Under the pieces are notes generated by a model. That model had not been told where the DNA came from. It did no database searches and worked only from the letters and a program-made list of their open reading frames with translations. This document shows positions 37,931-47,797 of a stretch of 64,000 bases of DNA, one piece after another. Positions within the stretch are counted from its first letter, which is position 1. Each line of letters starts with the position of its first letter. Origin of the DNA: Acidaminococcus sp. GTDB taxonomy: Bacteria > Bacillota > Negativicutes > Acidaminococcales > Acidaminococcaceae. The translations under genes were made by a program, and so were the position numbers. The DNA lies in the NCBI GenBank assembly GCA_019416065.1, contig DXYB01000003.1, positions 644-64,643 on the forward strand. Direction: 5' to 3'.

Positions 37931-38341
37931 TTACGGATTACGCACGTAAATATTGCTTCTGGCCGTACTCATACCCAGTTTCTTTTCTGCAATTTCTGCA
38001 ATGCGCTGCGGATTATGCAACCGCTCCACATCAATTTGAAGGGTCTCCGATTCATCCAGACACTGGGCTTCCAGACCTTTCAGCTGGACCAACGCACTGC
38101 ATTTTGCAAAGTACAGTTCACTTAAAGCCACATTCACGAATATTAATGATAATACCAAACTAGCTAATAATGCAACCTGTCGGGCTCTTTTATTTACTTT
38201 TTTCCTGACGGTATCTGTTTTCCGGGTGGGATATACCCTTCTAAGGGGAATGGATTCCGCTTCCTTATAGGCTGTAGAGCCATACGTATAGCTATTTCTG
38301 CCATTCCATGCTACCTGTCCCGTTTTTTCCCTGGTAACCAT
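37931..38341 (-). CDS. ftsL: Cell division protein FtsL (septum formation initiator type)
   Basis: 136 aa bitopic protein: basic N-terminus, TM LLASLVLSLIFVNVAL, coiled coil, and C-terminal RIAEIAEKKLGM. Position after rsmH. Confidence 0.85.
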   Translation of the reverse strand: MVTREKTGQVAWNGRNSYTYGSTAYKEAESIPLRRVYPTRKTDTVRKKVNKRARQVALLASLVLSLIFVNVALSELYFAKCSALVQLKGLEAQCLDESETLQIDVERLHNPQRIAEIAEKKLGMSTARSNIYVRNP

Positions 38342-38390
38342 TGCGGCAGCTCCTTTATATTAGTATTTCGGCATGCATCAGCACGCTTTA

Positions 38391-39323
38391 TTAAATTTTC
38401 TCCGCTCCCCTAAGTCTTGCGCTACGTGCCCTGGGGTTGACCTGTAATTCTGCATCCGTTGGAGTAATTTTTTTTAGTGTTTTAACTTCCGGTTTTCGTC
38501 CACATACGCACACGGGCAATTCCGGGGGACATATGCAGCCTTTTTGCAATCGTTGAAAAGCTCTTTTTACGATCCTATCTTCTAGGGAATGAAAAGTGAT
38601 AACGCCAATCCGTCCGCCACTTTTCAAGCGATGAACGGCTTTTTCCACAGTTTCATCTAAGATTTTTAATTCCCCATTCACCTCAATGCGAATGGCCTGA
38701 AAGGTCCGTTTCGCAGGATGCGGTCCATCCTGCCTGGCACCTTTGGGTATGGCTGCCTTGATAATGCGTACCAGTTCACCCGTTGTACGAATGGGCTGCC
38801 TTTGCCTTGCTGCCACAATAAATTGAGCAATGCGTTTTGCCCACTGTTCTTCACCGTATTTATAAATTACACTGGACAGCGCATCTTCTTTGTAGCGATT
38901 GACTATATCCGCCGCCGTCAATGTTTCGCTTTCTTGATCCATCCGCATGTCCAGAGGCCCATCATGCATATAGGAAAATCCACGTTCCGGGGTGTCCAGT
39001 TGATACGAAGATACACCCAGGTCAAATAAGATTCCATCTACCTGATTAATACCCAAGGAATCTAGTACTGTGCCAATATGGCGAAAATTATCGTGGATAA
39101 TCTTCACCTTACAAGAAAGATCTTGTAAGCGTTCTTTTGCCGCACGTATGGCATCCTCATCCTGGTCCATTCCAATTAAAAGGCCATCCGGCTGGAGCCG
39201 GGAACCGATTGCATGGGAATGACCCCCTCCCCCCAGCGTACAATCTACGTAAATACCAGATGGGTTCTGTACCACCCAGTCTACGGATTCTTCCAGCAAC
39301 ACACTTTTATGCACGAATTCCAC
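38391..39323 (-). CDS. rsmH: 16S rRNA (cytosine1402-N4)-methyltransferase
   Basis: [39 protein letters not shown] motifs. GTG start. Confidence 0.95.
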   Translation of the reverse strand: MEFVHKSVLLEESVDWVVQNPSGIYVDCTLGGGGHSHAIGSRLQPDGLLIGMDQDEDAIRAAKERLQDLSCKVKIIHDNFRHIGTVLDSLGINQVDGILFDLGVSSYQLDTPERGFSYMHDGPLDMRMDQESETLTAADIVNRYKEDALSSVIYKYGEEQWAKRIAQFIVAARQRQPIRTTGELVRIIKAAIPKGARQDGPHPAKRTFQAIRIEVNGELKILDETVEKAVHRLKSGGRIGVITFHSLEDRIVKRAFQRLQKGCICPPELPVCVCGRKPEVKTLKKITPTDAELQVNPRARSARLRGAEKI

Positions 39324-39344
39324 AGTGCATCCCCATTTCTCTAT

Positions 39345-39791
39345 CTATTCAAATTCCAGTTCTTCCACCATCTGGGCCACGTCATCTTCCACACTGGTGG
39401 TATAGGCTTCATACTGCTTCTTATCCCAAATTTCCGCCTTATTCCCCACGCCTACAATGACTGCCGTATCCCCAATTTTTGCATAGGAGCGCAAATTTGC
39501 TGGCAAGAGAACGCGCCCTTGTTTATCCGGTTCTGCTTCACAGGCACCGCCAAAGATAAAACGGGAAACATCTCTTTCCTTGTGTTTGGGCATCATTTTT
39601 TGCGCAAAGCTATTTTTCAGTTTTTCCCATGCTTCCATGGGATATACGTCCAGGCAGCCATCCAGTCCCTTTGTAATAACAAAAGTCTTGCCCAGTGTCT
39701 CCCGCAATTTAGCCGGCACAAACAGACGCCCTTTGGGATCCAAGGCGTGCTCAAATTCCCCCATCAGCATCTGTTTCACCTGCTTTCCCAT
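39345..39791 (-). CDS. mraZ: Division/cell wall cluster transcriptional regulator MraZ
   Basis: MLMGEFEHALDPKGRLFVPAKLR, plus a second SpoVT/AbrB-like repeat DKQGRVLLPANLR. Confidence 0.95.
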   Translation of the reverse strand: MGKQVKQMLMGEFEHALDPKGRLFVPAKLRETLGKTFVITKGLDGCLDVYPMEAWEKLKNSFAQKMMPKHKERDVSRFIFGGACEAEPDKQGRVLLPANLRSYAKIGDTAVIVGVGNKAEIWDKKQYEAYTTSVEDDVAQMVEELEFE

Positions 39792-39802
39792 TAATTTTTA
39801 CT

Positions 39803-39853
39803 CCACTTAACACCACTTTTCCCCATTATAAACCGTTTTTAATGAAAAAGCAA
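39803..39853 (-). promoter_or_regulatory. mraZ promoter with three phased TGG-core direct repeats (candidate MraZ operator)
   Basis: Minus strand TTGCTT (39853-39848), 17 nt spacer, TATAAT (39830-39825). Then TAATGGGGAA / AAGTGGTGTT / AAGTGGAGTA, with the TGG cores exactly 10 nt apart (39825-23, 39815-13, 39805-03). Confidence 0.55.
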
Positions 39854-39951
39854 CGCAATCCCGTGTTTTGACTGTTTTTTTCAAGATGTTTCTTTATCTT
39901 ATAGTTACTCCCGCAAACGACTCGTAACGGACAAAAATCCCATTCCGTTCT

Positions 39952-39979
39952 TTGTTCGATGGACAGGATGTGGTATAAT
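39952..39979 (+). promoter_or_regulatory. Candidate promoter of the class A PBP gene
   Basis: TTGTTC (39952-39957), 16 nt spacer, TGgTATAAT extended -10 (hexamer 39974-39979). Confidence 0.5.
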
Positions 39980-40032
39980 AACGAATAAACCTATGTTCCC
40001 AATTTATTCTGATTGCAATAGGAGCTGACGTG

Positions 40033-42108
40033 ATGACAAATAAAAATAAAAATTGGAGAAATTTTATGGACTCCTCCGGTCATAGACATAAAAAACTAGG
40101 CGGTACGATTTTATCTGCCGTACTGGCATTAATTCTGGTAGGATTTCTCTCCGTGGCAGCGTTTTTTGCTTTGGCAAAATTTACTACTGCCAAAATTTTA
40201 AGTAAGGACATGGTCCCCATGGCTTCTTCTCAATTCTTTGATGCCAAGGGAAACCTGATTACCACTGTAGATTCCGAAGAATCCCGTATTCCTGTAACCA
40301 TTGACAAAGTGCCGAAGAACTTGCAAAATGCTTTTCTAGCCGCAGAAGATATTCGCTTCTACGAACATGGTGGCATTGATTTCCGCGGTATCGGTCGCGC
40401 AATCTACACCTACATTCGTTGGGGGGAGGTCCAGGGCGGCAGCACCATTACCCAGCAATTGGCCAAAAACTATTTCCTGACACAGGAACAAACTCTGTCC
40501 CGTAAAATCCACGAGGCGTTTATCGCCTTGCAAATCGAACAGAAATATACTAAAAAAGAAATCCTGGAAATGTATATGAACCAGATCTATTTTGGACAGG
40601 GCGCTTATGGCGTCGAGACCGCTTCCAATATTTATTTTGGAAAACACGTGGAAGATCTGGACTTGGCACAGTGTGCTATGTTGGCCGGTCTCCCCAAAAG
40701 CCCCAATTACTATTCTCCTTTGACCAATCCTAAGGCAGGCAAAGCACGGCAGCGTGTCGTATTGGATCAGATGACCAAATACGGGTTTATCACCAAAGAC
40801 CAAGCGGACAAGGCCTATGCAGAACCACTCAACTATAAATCCTTAAACACCGCTCCCGGATCCAAGAAATACTTCATTGATTATGTCATCCAGATGCTGG
40901 TAGAGAAGTTTGGACCGGATGCCGTATATAAACAAGGTTTAAAAGTTTATACAACACTGGATCCAGATATGCAAAAAGCCGCCGAAGAAGCGGCGGCACT
41001 GACCCCGACGTACTACACGGACGATAACAAATTAAAGCAGCCACAATCTGCCATTGTTGCCGTAGATCCTAAGACCGGCTATATCAAAGCCATGATCGGC
41101 GGCCGAGGAACAGACCAATTTAACCGTGCGGTTATGGCGGAACGGCAGCCTGGTTCCTCTTTCAAGCCCTTTGTTTACATGAATGCCTTTGAACAAGGTG
41201 CAACACCTAATGATACGGTGGAAGACTCCGCCATTCCTGGCAACTGGAATCCACAAAACTTTGACCGCCGTTTCCATGGTGATGTCACTTATCGGACGGC
41301 TCTTACATATTCTTATAATGTTCCTGCAGTCAAGATTGCCATGAAATATGGTGTAGGAAAGATGATTGACTTGGCCAAGCGCTTTGGCATCACCACGCTG
41401 GTAGACGGTGATGAAAATGGCGCAGCCGCTTTAGGCGGTCTGACCCACGGTGTCACACCACTGGAAATGGCAGGTGCATATGGTGGAATTGCCAATATGG
41501 GAAGCTTTAACAAACCCACGCCTATCATTAAAATTGTGGATCGCAATGGAAAAGTCATTTATGAACACAAAACCAATCCTACCCAGGCCGTAAAACCCGG
41601 CACAGCGTACATGATGATTTCCATGATGGAAGATGTTATGACCCGAGGCACAGGACGTGGTGCAGCGATATCCCGTCCTTGCGCAGGAAAATCCGGTACA
41701 ACCAGTGATTACCATGATGCCTGGTTTGTAGGCTTTACCCCGGATCTTGCTTGTGCCGTATGGATTGGGGATGACAACAATGAGTCTCTTGGGGGCATGA
41801 CCGGTGGCGGTGAGCCAGCTACATTGTGGCGTACCTTTATGAGTAACGCTTTAGATGGCAAGCCCAAAACGGACTTTAAAGTGCCAGAAGGCTTTAAGAT
41901 GCCGACGCCCAAATACGAAGCCCCAAAAGAAGCACCCAAAAAAGACGGGAAAAAGGATGACGACAAAAAGAAAGACGATAACAAAAAAGAAGAAAGCGGA
42001 GATGCCGCACTTCCTGGTGGCGGCAATCCGCCTCGTCCCTCTTCTGGCAATAAATCCGGACAGCGCCGCAGTGCAACGCCTCCACCCGTTCGTCCTCCTA
42101 AAAATTAA
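40033..42108 (+). CDS. Class A penicillin-binding protein (PBP1A-type transglycosylase/transpeptidase)
   Basis: GT51 motifs AAEDIRFYEHGGID, GGSTITQQLAKN, RKI.EA. Transpeptidase motifs SSFKP, SYN, KSGTT. N-terminal TM. ATG 40033 (GTG 40030 also possible) after AGGAG. Confidence 0.93.
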   Translation: MTNKNKNWRNFMDSSGHRHKKLGGTILSAVLALILVGFLSVAAFFALAKFTTAKILSKDMVPMASSQFFDAKGNLITTVDSEESRIPVTIDKVPKNLQNAFLAAEDIRFYEHGGIDFRGIGRAIYTYIRWGEVQGGSTITQQLAKNYFLTQEQTLSRKIHEAFIALQIEQKYTKKEILEMYMNQIYFGQGAYGVETASNIYFGKHVEDLDLAQCAMLAGLPKSPNYYSPLTNPKAGKARQRVVLDQMTKYGFITKDQADKAYAEPLNYKSLNTAPGSKKYFIDYVIQMLVEKFGPDAVYKQGLKVYTTLDPDMQKAAEEAAALTPTYYTDDNKLKQPQSAIVAVDPKTGYIKAMIGGRGTDQFNRAVMAERQPGSSFKPFVYMNAFEQGATPNDTVEDSAIPGNWNPQNFDRRFHGDVTYRTALTYSYNVPAVKIAMKYGVGKMIDLAKRFGITTLVDGDENGAAALGGLTHGVTPLEMAGAYGGIANMGSFNKPTPIIKIVDRNGKVIYEHKTNPTQAVKPGTAYMMISMMEDVMTRGTGRGAAISRPCAGKSGTTSDYHDAWFVGFTPDLACAVWIGDDNNESLGGMTGGGEPATLWRTFMSNALDGKPKTDFKVPEGFKMPTPKYEAPKEAPKKDGKKDDDKKKDDNKKEESGDAALPGGGNPPRPSSGNKSGQRRSATPPPVRPPKN

Positions 42109-42136
42109 CTTAGCCTAATGCTCATGCGGTGCAGCC

Positions 42137-42165
42137 TTGACAAGACTGCACCGATCTGCTATACT
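42137..42165 (+). promoter_or_regulatory. Promoter of tRNA-Ser
   Basis: TTGACA (42137-42142), 17 nt spacer, TATACT (42160-42165), 20 nt before the tRNA 5' end. Confidence 0.6.
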
Positions 42166-42185
42166 ACATCAGTCTTTGATATTGT

Positions 42186-42274
42186 GGAGGGGTGGCCGAG
42201 CGGTTTAAGGCACCAGTCTTGAAAACTGGCGATTCCGCAAGGAACCGTGGGTTCGAATCCCACCCCCTCCGCCA
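42186..42274 (+). tRNA. tRNA-Ser (anticodon TGA), CCA encoded
   Basis: GGAGGGG acceptor stem, anticodon stem CCAGT/ACTGG with loop CTTGAAA, long variable arm, T arm GTGGG-TTCGAAT-CCCAC, then CCCCTCC-G-CCA. Confidence 0.95.
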
Positions 42275-42307
42275 ATTGTTATAAGAAACGATTTGTACTT
42301 AGAAAAA

Positions 42308-42340
42308 GCGACTTGGTCGTTAGAGCCAAGTCGCTTTTTT
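42308..42340 (+). terminator. Rho-independent terminator after tRNA-Ser
   Basis: GCGACTTGG-loop-CCAAGTCGC hairpin, followed by TTTTTT. Confidence 0.8.
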
Positions 42341-42347
42341 GCGCAAC

Positions 42348-42374
42348 AAAAAAGACGCTGCTGTGTGCAGCGCC
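42348..42374 (-). terminator. Rho-independent terminator after pta
   Basis: Minus strand CGCTGC-ACACA-GCAGCG hairpin, followed by UCUUUUUU. Confidence 0.6.
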
Positions 42375-42398
42375 TTTTTGACTTATGGTAAATTATTT

Positions 42399-43409
42399 TT
42401 ATTTGTCCGCATCAATGGCGTCGCTGGCGCAAACAGCAACCACGTCCACCACATCCTGGGTAGAGCAGCCACGGGACAAGTCCAGAACTGGTTTAGCCAA
42501 GCCCTGTACCAGAGGTCCCAAGCAGGTAGCCCCGCTAAAGCGTTCTACCAATTTGTACCCAATATTAGCAGAGCACAGATTCGGGAATACCAATACGTTC
42601 GCATGACCAGCCACTTTGGAGCCCGGGGCCTTGCGTTCGCCCACTTCCGGAACCAGGGAAGCATCCAGCTGGAGTTCGCCGTCAAAGGCAAAGTCCACAT
42701 TACGGGATTTCAGGATCTCAACCGCTTCTTTGACTTTATCCACTTCAGGGCCAGAACCGGATCCTTTGGTGGAGTAGCACAGCATAGCAACTTTCGGCTC
42801 TTTGATCCCTACGGTATTTCTCGCCCGTTCTGCACAGCTTACAGCAATATCTGCCAGTTGTTCTGCCGTCGGGTCAATGATAACGCCGCAGTCACCAAAT
42901 ACAAATTTGCCGTTATCGCCCAGCTCTTTTTTGTCAGAGAGGATAATAAAGCCGCTGCATACAGTCTTGTTGCCCGGTTTGACACCCACAACCTGCAAAC
43001 CGGCTTTGATCGTATCCGCACTGGTACGGGTAGAACCAGAAACCACGCCGTCCGCATCTCCCAGAGCCAGTAATCCTGCTCCGAAGAAAGTCGTGTCATG
43101 AAGCATGATGTCCCGTGCTTTTTCTACGGTCATCCCTTTCTTAGCTCTGCGCTTAGCAAAGTATTCGCACAGTTCATCCATTCTTTCATAGGTAGCAGGG
43201 TTTACAATCTTGACTCCTTCAAAGCTGATCCCCAAACGGTCAGCACTCTTTTGCAGTTCGGCAGGATCCCCCACCAGCACGATTTTAGCAAAACCTTCCT
43301 TGGCTACAATACTCGCAGCCTCCAGAGCTCTGTCGCTGTTATTTTCCGGCAGTACAATCACCTTTTGGGCAGGTTTTACCCGCGCTTTCAGTTCGTCCAT
43401 AAATGCCAT
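42399..43409 (-). CDS. pta: Phosphate acetyltransferase
   Basis: 336 aa short-form Pta. Motifs KVIVLPE, ADGVVSG, VFPNLCSANIGYKLVERF, GPLVQGLAKPV.DLSRGCS. Confidence 0.93.
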   Translation of the reverse strand: MAFMDELKARVKPAQKVIVLPENNSDRALEAASIVAKEGFAKIVLVGDPAELQKSADRLGISFEGVKIVNPATYERMDELCEYFAKRRAKKGMTVEKARDIMLHDTTFFGAGLLALGDADGVVSGSTRTSADTIKAGLQVVGVKPGNKTVCSGFIILSDKKELGDNGKFVFGDCGVIIDPTAEQLADIAVSCAERARNTVGIKEPKVAMLCYSTKGSGSGPEVDKVKEAVEILKSRNVDFAFDGELQLDASLVPEVGERKAPGSKVAGHANVLVFPNLCSANIGYKLVERFSGATCLGPLVQGLAKPVLDLSRGCSTQDVVDVVAVCASDAIDADK

Positions 43410-43509
43410 ACCATATCACTCCTAGCGAAGAATTAAAAAAGGCGCATCATGCTCCCCTTTTATAGGTTTATTATAACACTTTTTTCACTTGCGTGTTCAA
43501 CTTTCCACT

Positions 43510-43977
43510 TTAGCGCTGATTACGGCTTTTTAGTGCCCTGTCCACGTCCCGTTTAGCGGAACGCTCCGCCATATCTCGGCGTTTATCATAGAGCTTTTTT
43601 CCTGTAGCAAGCGCCAGTTTGCATTTTACCAGCCCATGAGCAAAATATAAACTGAGAGGCACCAGGGTAAACCCTTTTTCCCGCGTTTTTCCAATAAGCT
43701 TTTGGATCTCCTTTTTATGCATGAGAAGTTTTCGGTCTCGCAGGGGATCCTTGTTGAAAATATTCCCGTGTTCATAAGGACTGATATGGAGGTTGTACAG
43801 GTACAACTCCCCTGCTTTTGTCACGGCGGCATAGGAATCTTTCAGATTGGCTTTACCCTGGCGCAGGCTTTTAACCTCTGTGCCGGAAAGTACGATGCCG
43901 GTTTCATAGGTTTCGTGGATTGTATAGTCATGCCTTGCCTTGCGGTTTTCTGCGATGACTTTCACTGCCTTTTCCAT
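43510..43977 (-). CDS. smpB: SsrA-binding protein
   Basis: [32 protein letters not shown] motifs. 155 aa. Confidence 0.95.
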   Translation of the reverse strand: MEKAVKVIAENRKARHDYTIHETYETGIVLSGTEVKSLRQGKANLKDSYAAVTKAGELYLYNLHISPYEHGNIFNKDPLRDRKLLMHKKEIQKLIGKTREKGFTLVPLSLYFAHGLVKCKLALATGKKLYDKRRDMAERSAKRDVDRALKSRNQR

Positions 43978-46267
43978 AATTTTTCTTCCTTCTTCTCTTT
44001 TTTTGAGAATGACTGGTATGCTTCTTTTTGCTGTCGTTGCGCCCGGTAGTTTTATGTTTCAAGGTACCGGCTGCAATGCCTGTTTTAGTCCGTTTCTGCC
44101 GGGACAAATCCTGGCGCATTGCATTCATAGCCTCCGGAGAGAGTCCAGGCAGTACAAAATCAATCTTGCGCTCGCTAATATCCACCTGAAGGACCTGGAT
44201 CCGTACTTCGTCCCCCAAACGGTATTGCTTACCCAGGTGCTGTCCTACCAGTGCATATTGCCCTTCCAGATAGTCATAGTAATCGTCTGTGAGGCTGGAA
44301 ATATGGACCAATCCTTCCACACCATTTTCCAGCTCTACAAAAAAACCAAAAGAGGATACGCCGGAAATAGTCCCCCTAAACTCCTGCCCTACAAACTGGA
44401 GCATGTATTCCGCCATTTTTAGATCCACAGTTTGCCGTTCTGCATCAATGGCGGCCCGCTCCCGCTGGGAACAGTGCTGGGCAGCTTCTTCCAACTGACG
44501 CATTCGCTCGTTAGCTTTTTGCCGAGTGAGTCGTTCTCCATCAAGCTGTTTACGCAAGAGCCGGTGCACCAAAAGATCCGGGTATCGGCGAATGGGAGAG
44601 GTAAAATGAGTATAGTGCCGGGCTGCCAGACCAAAATGCCCAATGTTTTCCACTTGGTACACTGCCTGTTTCATACTTCGCAGCGCGACCGTGGAAACCA
44701 GTTTTTCTTCTGGCCGTCCTGTCATCTTATCCAGAGCTCGCTGTAGATCCTTGGATTTAACTTGTTCCTGTGATTTTAGTGTCACACCAAAAAGGGACAA
44801 CAATTTACCAAGATCCTGAATTTTTTCCCTATCTGGTACATCATGGACCCGATAAATAAAAGGTCGTTTCTTTTTGGCCATATAGCCTGCTACCGTTTCA
44901 TTGGCGGCCAACATAAATTCCTCAATGAGCATTTCTGCCACGGAACGTTCTCTACGCACAATTGCCGTAGGTCGATTGGCTTCGTCCAGAATGACTTTTT
45001 GTTCCGGCACCTCAAAATTGATGGCTCCTCGTAACATACGCTTTTTCTTTAACACGCCTTGGAGCTTTGCCATCGTTTCAAGTATGGGTACAATATCCTT
45101 GTATTTTTCCCGGAGCAAAGGATCTTTGTCTACCAATATGGCTTTTACATCCGGATAATTCATTCGGTGATGACTGCAGATGACGCTGGGAGCAATTTCG
45201 TAAGAAATGGTTTTTCCAGTTTTCCCATCAATCAGCATTTCGCAGCTCATGGTCAGCCGGTCTTCCCTTTCATTCAGGCTACAGATCCCGTTACTGAGTT
45301 CCACAGGTAACATGGGAAGAACCCGGTCCACCAGGTACACACTGGTGCCTCGTTCATAGGCCTCAAGATCCAGTGCCGTATGAGGACGTACATAATAGCT
45401 GACGTCGGCAATGTAGACTCCCAGGAAATAATTATCCCCTTGTTTTTCCACGTAGACCGCATCATCCAGATCTTTGGAATCAATCCCATCAATTGTAATG
45501 ATATTCCAGTTCCGCCGGTCTTTACGGCTCTGTAGTTCCTTGGGCTTGATGGTTTGGGCTATTTTTTCTGCAGCGGCCTGAACTTCTGGAGGAAATACGG
45601 TGGGTAGGTCGTTATCTTTGATAATGGATAAAATCTCAAGTCCTATATCCCCTGGTTTTCCTAGTACTTCTACAATGCGCCCTTCAGCATTGCGCCGTTC
45701 GTCCGGCCAGGTGGTGATCTCTACCACCACTTTATCCTTATTATGCGCCCCATGAAAGTCCCGGCGCCGGACATAGATATCTCGGCCTACCCGTTTATTA
45801 TCCGGGATGACAAAGGCAAATTCTCCACTTTTACTAAATGTACCCACCAGTTTTGTATGGGCGCGCTGTAAGATCCGGATAACTTTGCCTTCCCGCCGAT
45901 CATCATAAGCACCTTGCATCACCCTGGCTACTACCGTGTCCCCATCCATAGCACCGGACAAAGCTCCTGCTGGAATAAAAAGGTCTCCCTCCGCCGTTTT
46001 TTCTGTGGGAACCACAAACGCAAATCCTTTGCTGGTCACCTGGCAGCGCCCTGTCACAAGCCCCATGGCTTCCGGCAGTCCGTAGGTGTGATACCGGGTT
46101 TGAATCAGCGCCCCACAATCTTCCAGCTCTTGGAGTGCCCTCCAGAAGTTCTTCATGTCGTCGCCTGTGACTTGCAGTGCTTCCAGCATGGTTTCTGGTG
46201 CCAGAGGGGCTACCGGATGGGCTTTTACATAGTCCAAAATCAGGCTTTGCAGCTCAGTTTGTTTCAT
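43928..46267 (-). CDS. rnr: Ribonuclease R
   Basis: RNB domain motifs ([29 protein letters not shown]), C-terminal S1 domain and Lys/Arg-rich tail. Start at ATG 46267 after GAGGA. Confidence 0.95.
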   Translation of the reverse strand: MKQTELQSLILDYVKAHPVAPLAPETMLEALQVTGDDMKNFWRALQELEDCGALIQTRYHTYGLPEAMGLVTGRCQVTSKGFAFVVPTEKTAEGDLFIPAGALSGAMDGDTVVARVMQGAYDDRREGKVIRILQRAHTKLVGTFSKSGEFAFVIPDNKRVGRDIYVRRRDFHGAHNKDKVVVEITTWPDERRNAEGRIVEVLGKPGDIGLEILSIIKDNDLPTVFPPEVQAAAEKIAQTIKPKELQSRKDRRNWNIITIDGIDSKDLDDAVYVEKQGDNYFLGVYIADVSYYVRPHTALDLEAYERGTSVYLVDRVLPMLPVELSNGICSLNEREDRLTMSCEMLIDGKTGKTISYEIAPSVICSHHRMNYPDVKAILVDKDPLLREKYKDIVPILETMAKLQGVLKKKRMLRGAINFEVPEQKVILDEANRPTAIVRRERSVAEMLIEEFMLAANETVAGYMAKKKRPFIYRVHDVPDREKIQDLGKLLSLFGVTLKSQEQVKSKDLQRALDKMTGRPEEKLVSTVALRSMKQAVYQVENIGHFGLAARHYTHFTSPIRRYPDLLVHRLLRKQLDGERLTRQKANERMRQLEEAAQHCSQRERAAIDAERQTVDLKMAEYMLQFVGQEFRGTISGVSSFGFFVELENGVEGLVHISSLTDDYYDYLEGQYALVGQHLGKQYRLGDEVRIQVLQVDISERKIDFVLPGLSPEAMNAMRQDLSRQKRTKTGIAAGTLKHKTTGRNDSKKKHTSHSQKKRRRKKNYGKGSESHRRKPQGKA

Positions 46268-46670
46268 TTTTATCCTCATACATCATTTTACTTTCGGCTT
46301 CTGCCGCAATCGTTCCATCTTCTAGAATTACCTGTCCGGTAAGTTCCAAAAGAGGTCCCTTTCTCCGCTTGACTTTAGCTACAATCCGAACAGATTTTCC
46401 GATTTGCACAGGCTTTCGGTACCGGATTTCCATCTTGGCCGTATAGGCCACTCGGTGCTCCACCATATAGGGATAGTTCCCCATGGTCTCATCCAGCAGT
46501 GTGAAAATGAGTCCCCCGTGCATTCGTCCGTCATAGCTCTGGTGAACGGGCTGGGGTACAAAGGTAGCTGTCACACTGTCAGCATCCGTTTTAAAATGCA
46601 TATGCAGCCCGATAGGGTTATCTACCCCACAGCCAAAACACATGGTATCTCTTTCCCGTCTATTATCCAT
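46254..46670 (-). CDS. PaaI-family hotdog-fold thioesterase
   Basis: MCFGCGVDNPIGLHMHF...GRMHGGLIFTLLDETMG pattern. Start at ATG 46670, overlapping the upstream stop (TGATG); the track extension was rejected. Confidence 0.8.
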   Translation of the reverse strand: MDNRRERDTMCFGCGVDNPIGLHMHFKTDADSVTATFVPQPVHQSYDGRMHGGLIFTLLDETMGNYPYMVEHRVAYTAKMEIRYRKPVQIGKSVRIVAKVKRRKGPLLELTGQVILEDGTIAAEAESKMMYEDKNETN

Positions 46671-47404
46671 CAAGATTCCTCCACAAAAGCCAAAATGGCC
46701 TGATAGACTTTGACCCGTCCCCGGTATAAGGTCAGCACATGGCGTCCGCCAGGTACCCAGCAAAGGGTTTTCTTTTTTGACCGCGTCCTATTATAAATAT
46801 ATTCTGCACTTTCAGGACAAACCGTATGCTCTGTCTTGGACTGCAGAATAAGGAGCGGCGCCGTGACATAGGGCAATAGCCGTTTTACTTGCCGTAAGAG
46901 CGCCGCCAACTGATGAACGCCATAAATCGGCATGCAAGGATAACTTACATCAAACCGTAGTGCAGCATCAATATGCCGTTTCTTTTTAGGAATGGCCCAG
47001 TATGGCAGCCGATCCGCCAACCATAAAAAATGAATCCGCCAGTCATAAATATAGATGGGTGCGGAAATAGACACAATCCCCTCCACCTGCGTTTTTGCCC
47101 CGGCATAGAGCGCCAAAAGGCCGCCCATACTAAGGCCGACGACAAAGACCTTGTGGCAGTTATGCCGTAGGGCTTCCACCGCTTCCATAACCTGCGTTTC
47201 CCACTGGGTAAAGCATACCTTGCACAACTCTTTAGGTGTAGTGCCATGTCCAGAAAGCAGCAGTCCTTGTACCGTATGTCCCCGTTTGTGGAGGATTTCT
47301 CCCAATTCCCGCAGCTCTGCCGGTGTACCGGTAAATCCGTGAATAAGGAGGACACCCGTGCCGCTGGTACCCGGCCAAAAATACCCTTCCCCTCCGCTTA
47401 GCAT
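46670..47404 (-). CDS. Alpha/beta hydrolase, carboxylesterase (Est/YvaK-like)
   Basis: GVLLIHGFTGTP and nucleophile elbow GLSMGG. secG-est-rnr-smpB order as in Bacillus. Confidence 0.85.
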   Translation of the reverse strand: MLSGGEGYFWPGTSGTGVLLIHGFTGTPAELRELGEILHKRGHTVQGLLLSGHGTTPKELCKVCFTQWETQVMEAVEALRHNCHKVFVVGLSMGGLLALYAGAKTQVEGIVSISAPIYIYDWRIHFLWLADRLPYWAIPKKKRHIDAALRFDVSYPCMPIYGVHQLAALLRQVKRLLPYVTAPLLILQSKTEHTVCPESAEYIYNRTRSKKKTLCWVPGGRHVLTLYRGRVKVYQAILAFVEES

Positions 47405-47423
47405 GGGATTCCCCCTTTTCCTA

Positions 47424-47458
47424 CAGCAAAAGTGGCATTACCCAAAAGGCAATGCCAC
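47424..47458 (-). terminator. Stem-loop terminator/attenuator after secG
   Basis: Minus strand GTGGCATT-12 nt loop-AATGCCAC, followed by UUUUGCUGU. Confidence 0.55.
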
Positions 47459-47487
47459 CACCGCTTCCTATTTTTGTTCTTTTGCCA

Positions 47488-47727
47488 TTACTGCAGGCGG
47501 GCAATGATCACATTGATCACGGCAAAGGCAATGCCCAGCACCGTAGTAAACCGGGACAAGGCCTCATCCATGTCCGTCGGTTTCCCGCCAAACAAGGATT
47601 CTCCACCGCCCAGTCCTGCAAAGCCAGAGCTCTTGCCGGACTGCAGCAAAATAGAACCCATTAGCAGCACGCTTATAATTACATCCAAAATCATTAACAC
47701 ATTGAGTGCTACGAAAATTCCCTCCAC
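47488..47727 (-). CDS. secG: Preprotein translocase subunit SecG
   Basis: 79 aa, two TM segments. Central LLQSGKSSGFAGLGGGESLFG motif. GTG start. Confidence 0.9.
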   Translation of the reverse strand: MEGIFVALNVLMILDVIISVLLMGSILLQSGKSSGFAGLGGGESLFGGKPTDMDEALSRFTTVLGIAFAVINVIIARLQ

Positions 47728-47797
47728 CTTTCAGATTTAATTATTATACTCCTAAATCCTCTCGTTTGTCCACTGTTCACAGGGAATTGGAGATAGT

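Noticed and set aside
42339-43073. 244-aa plus-strand ORF
   Set aside because: Antisense to pta, whose motifs are clear on the minus strand. It starts inside the pta terminator region.
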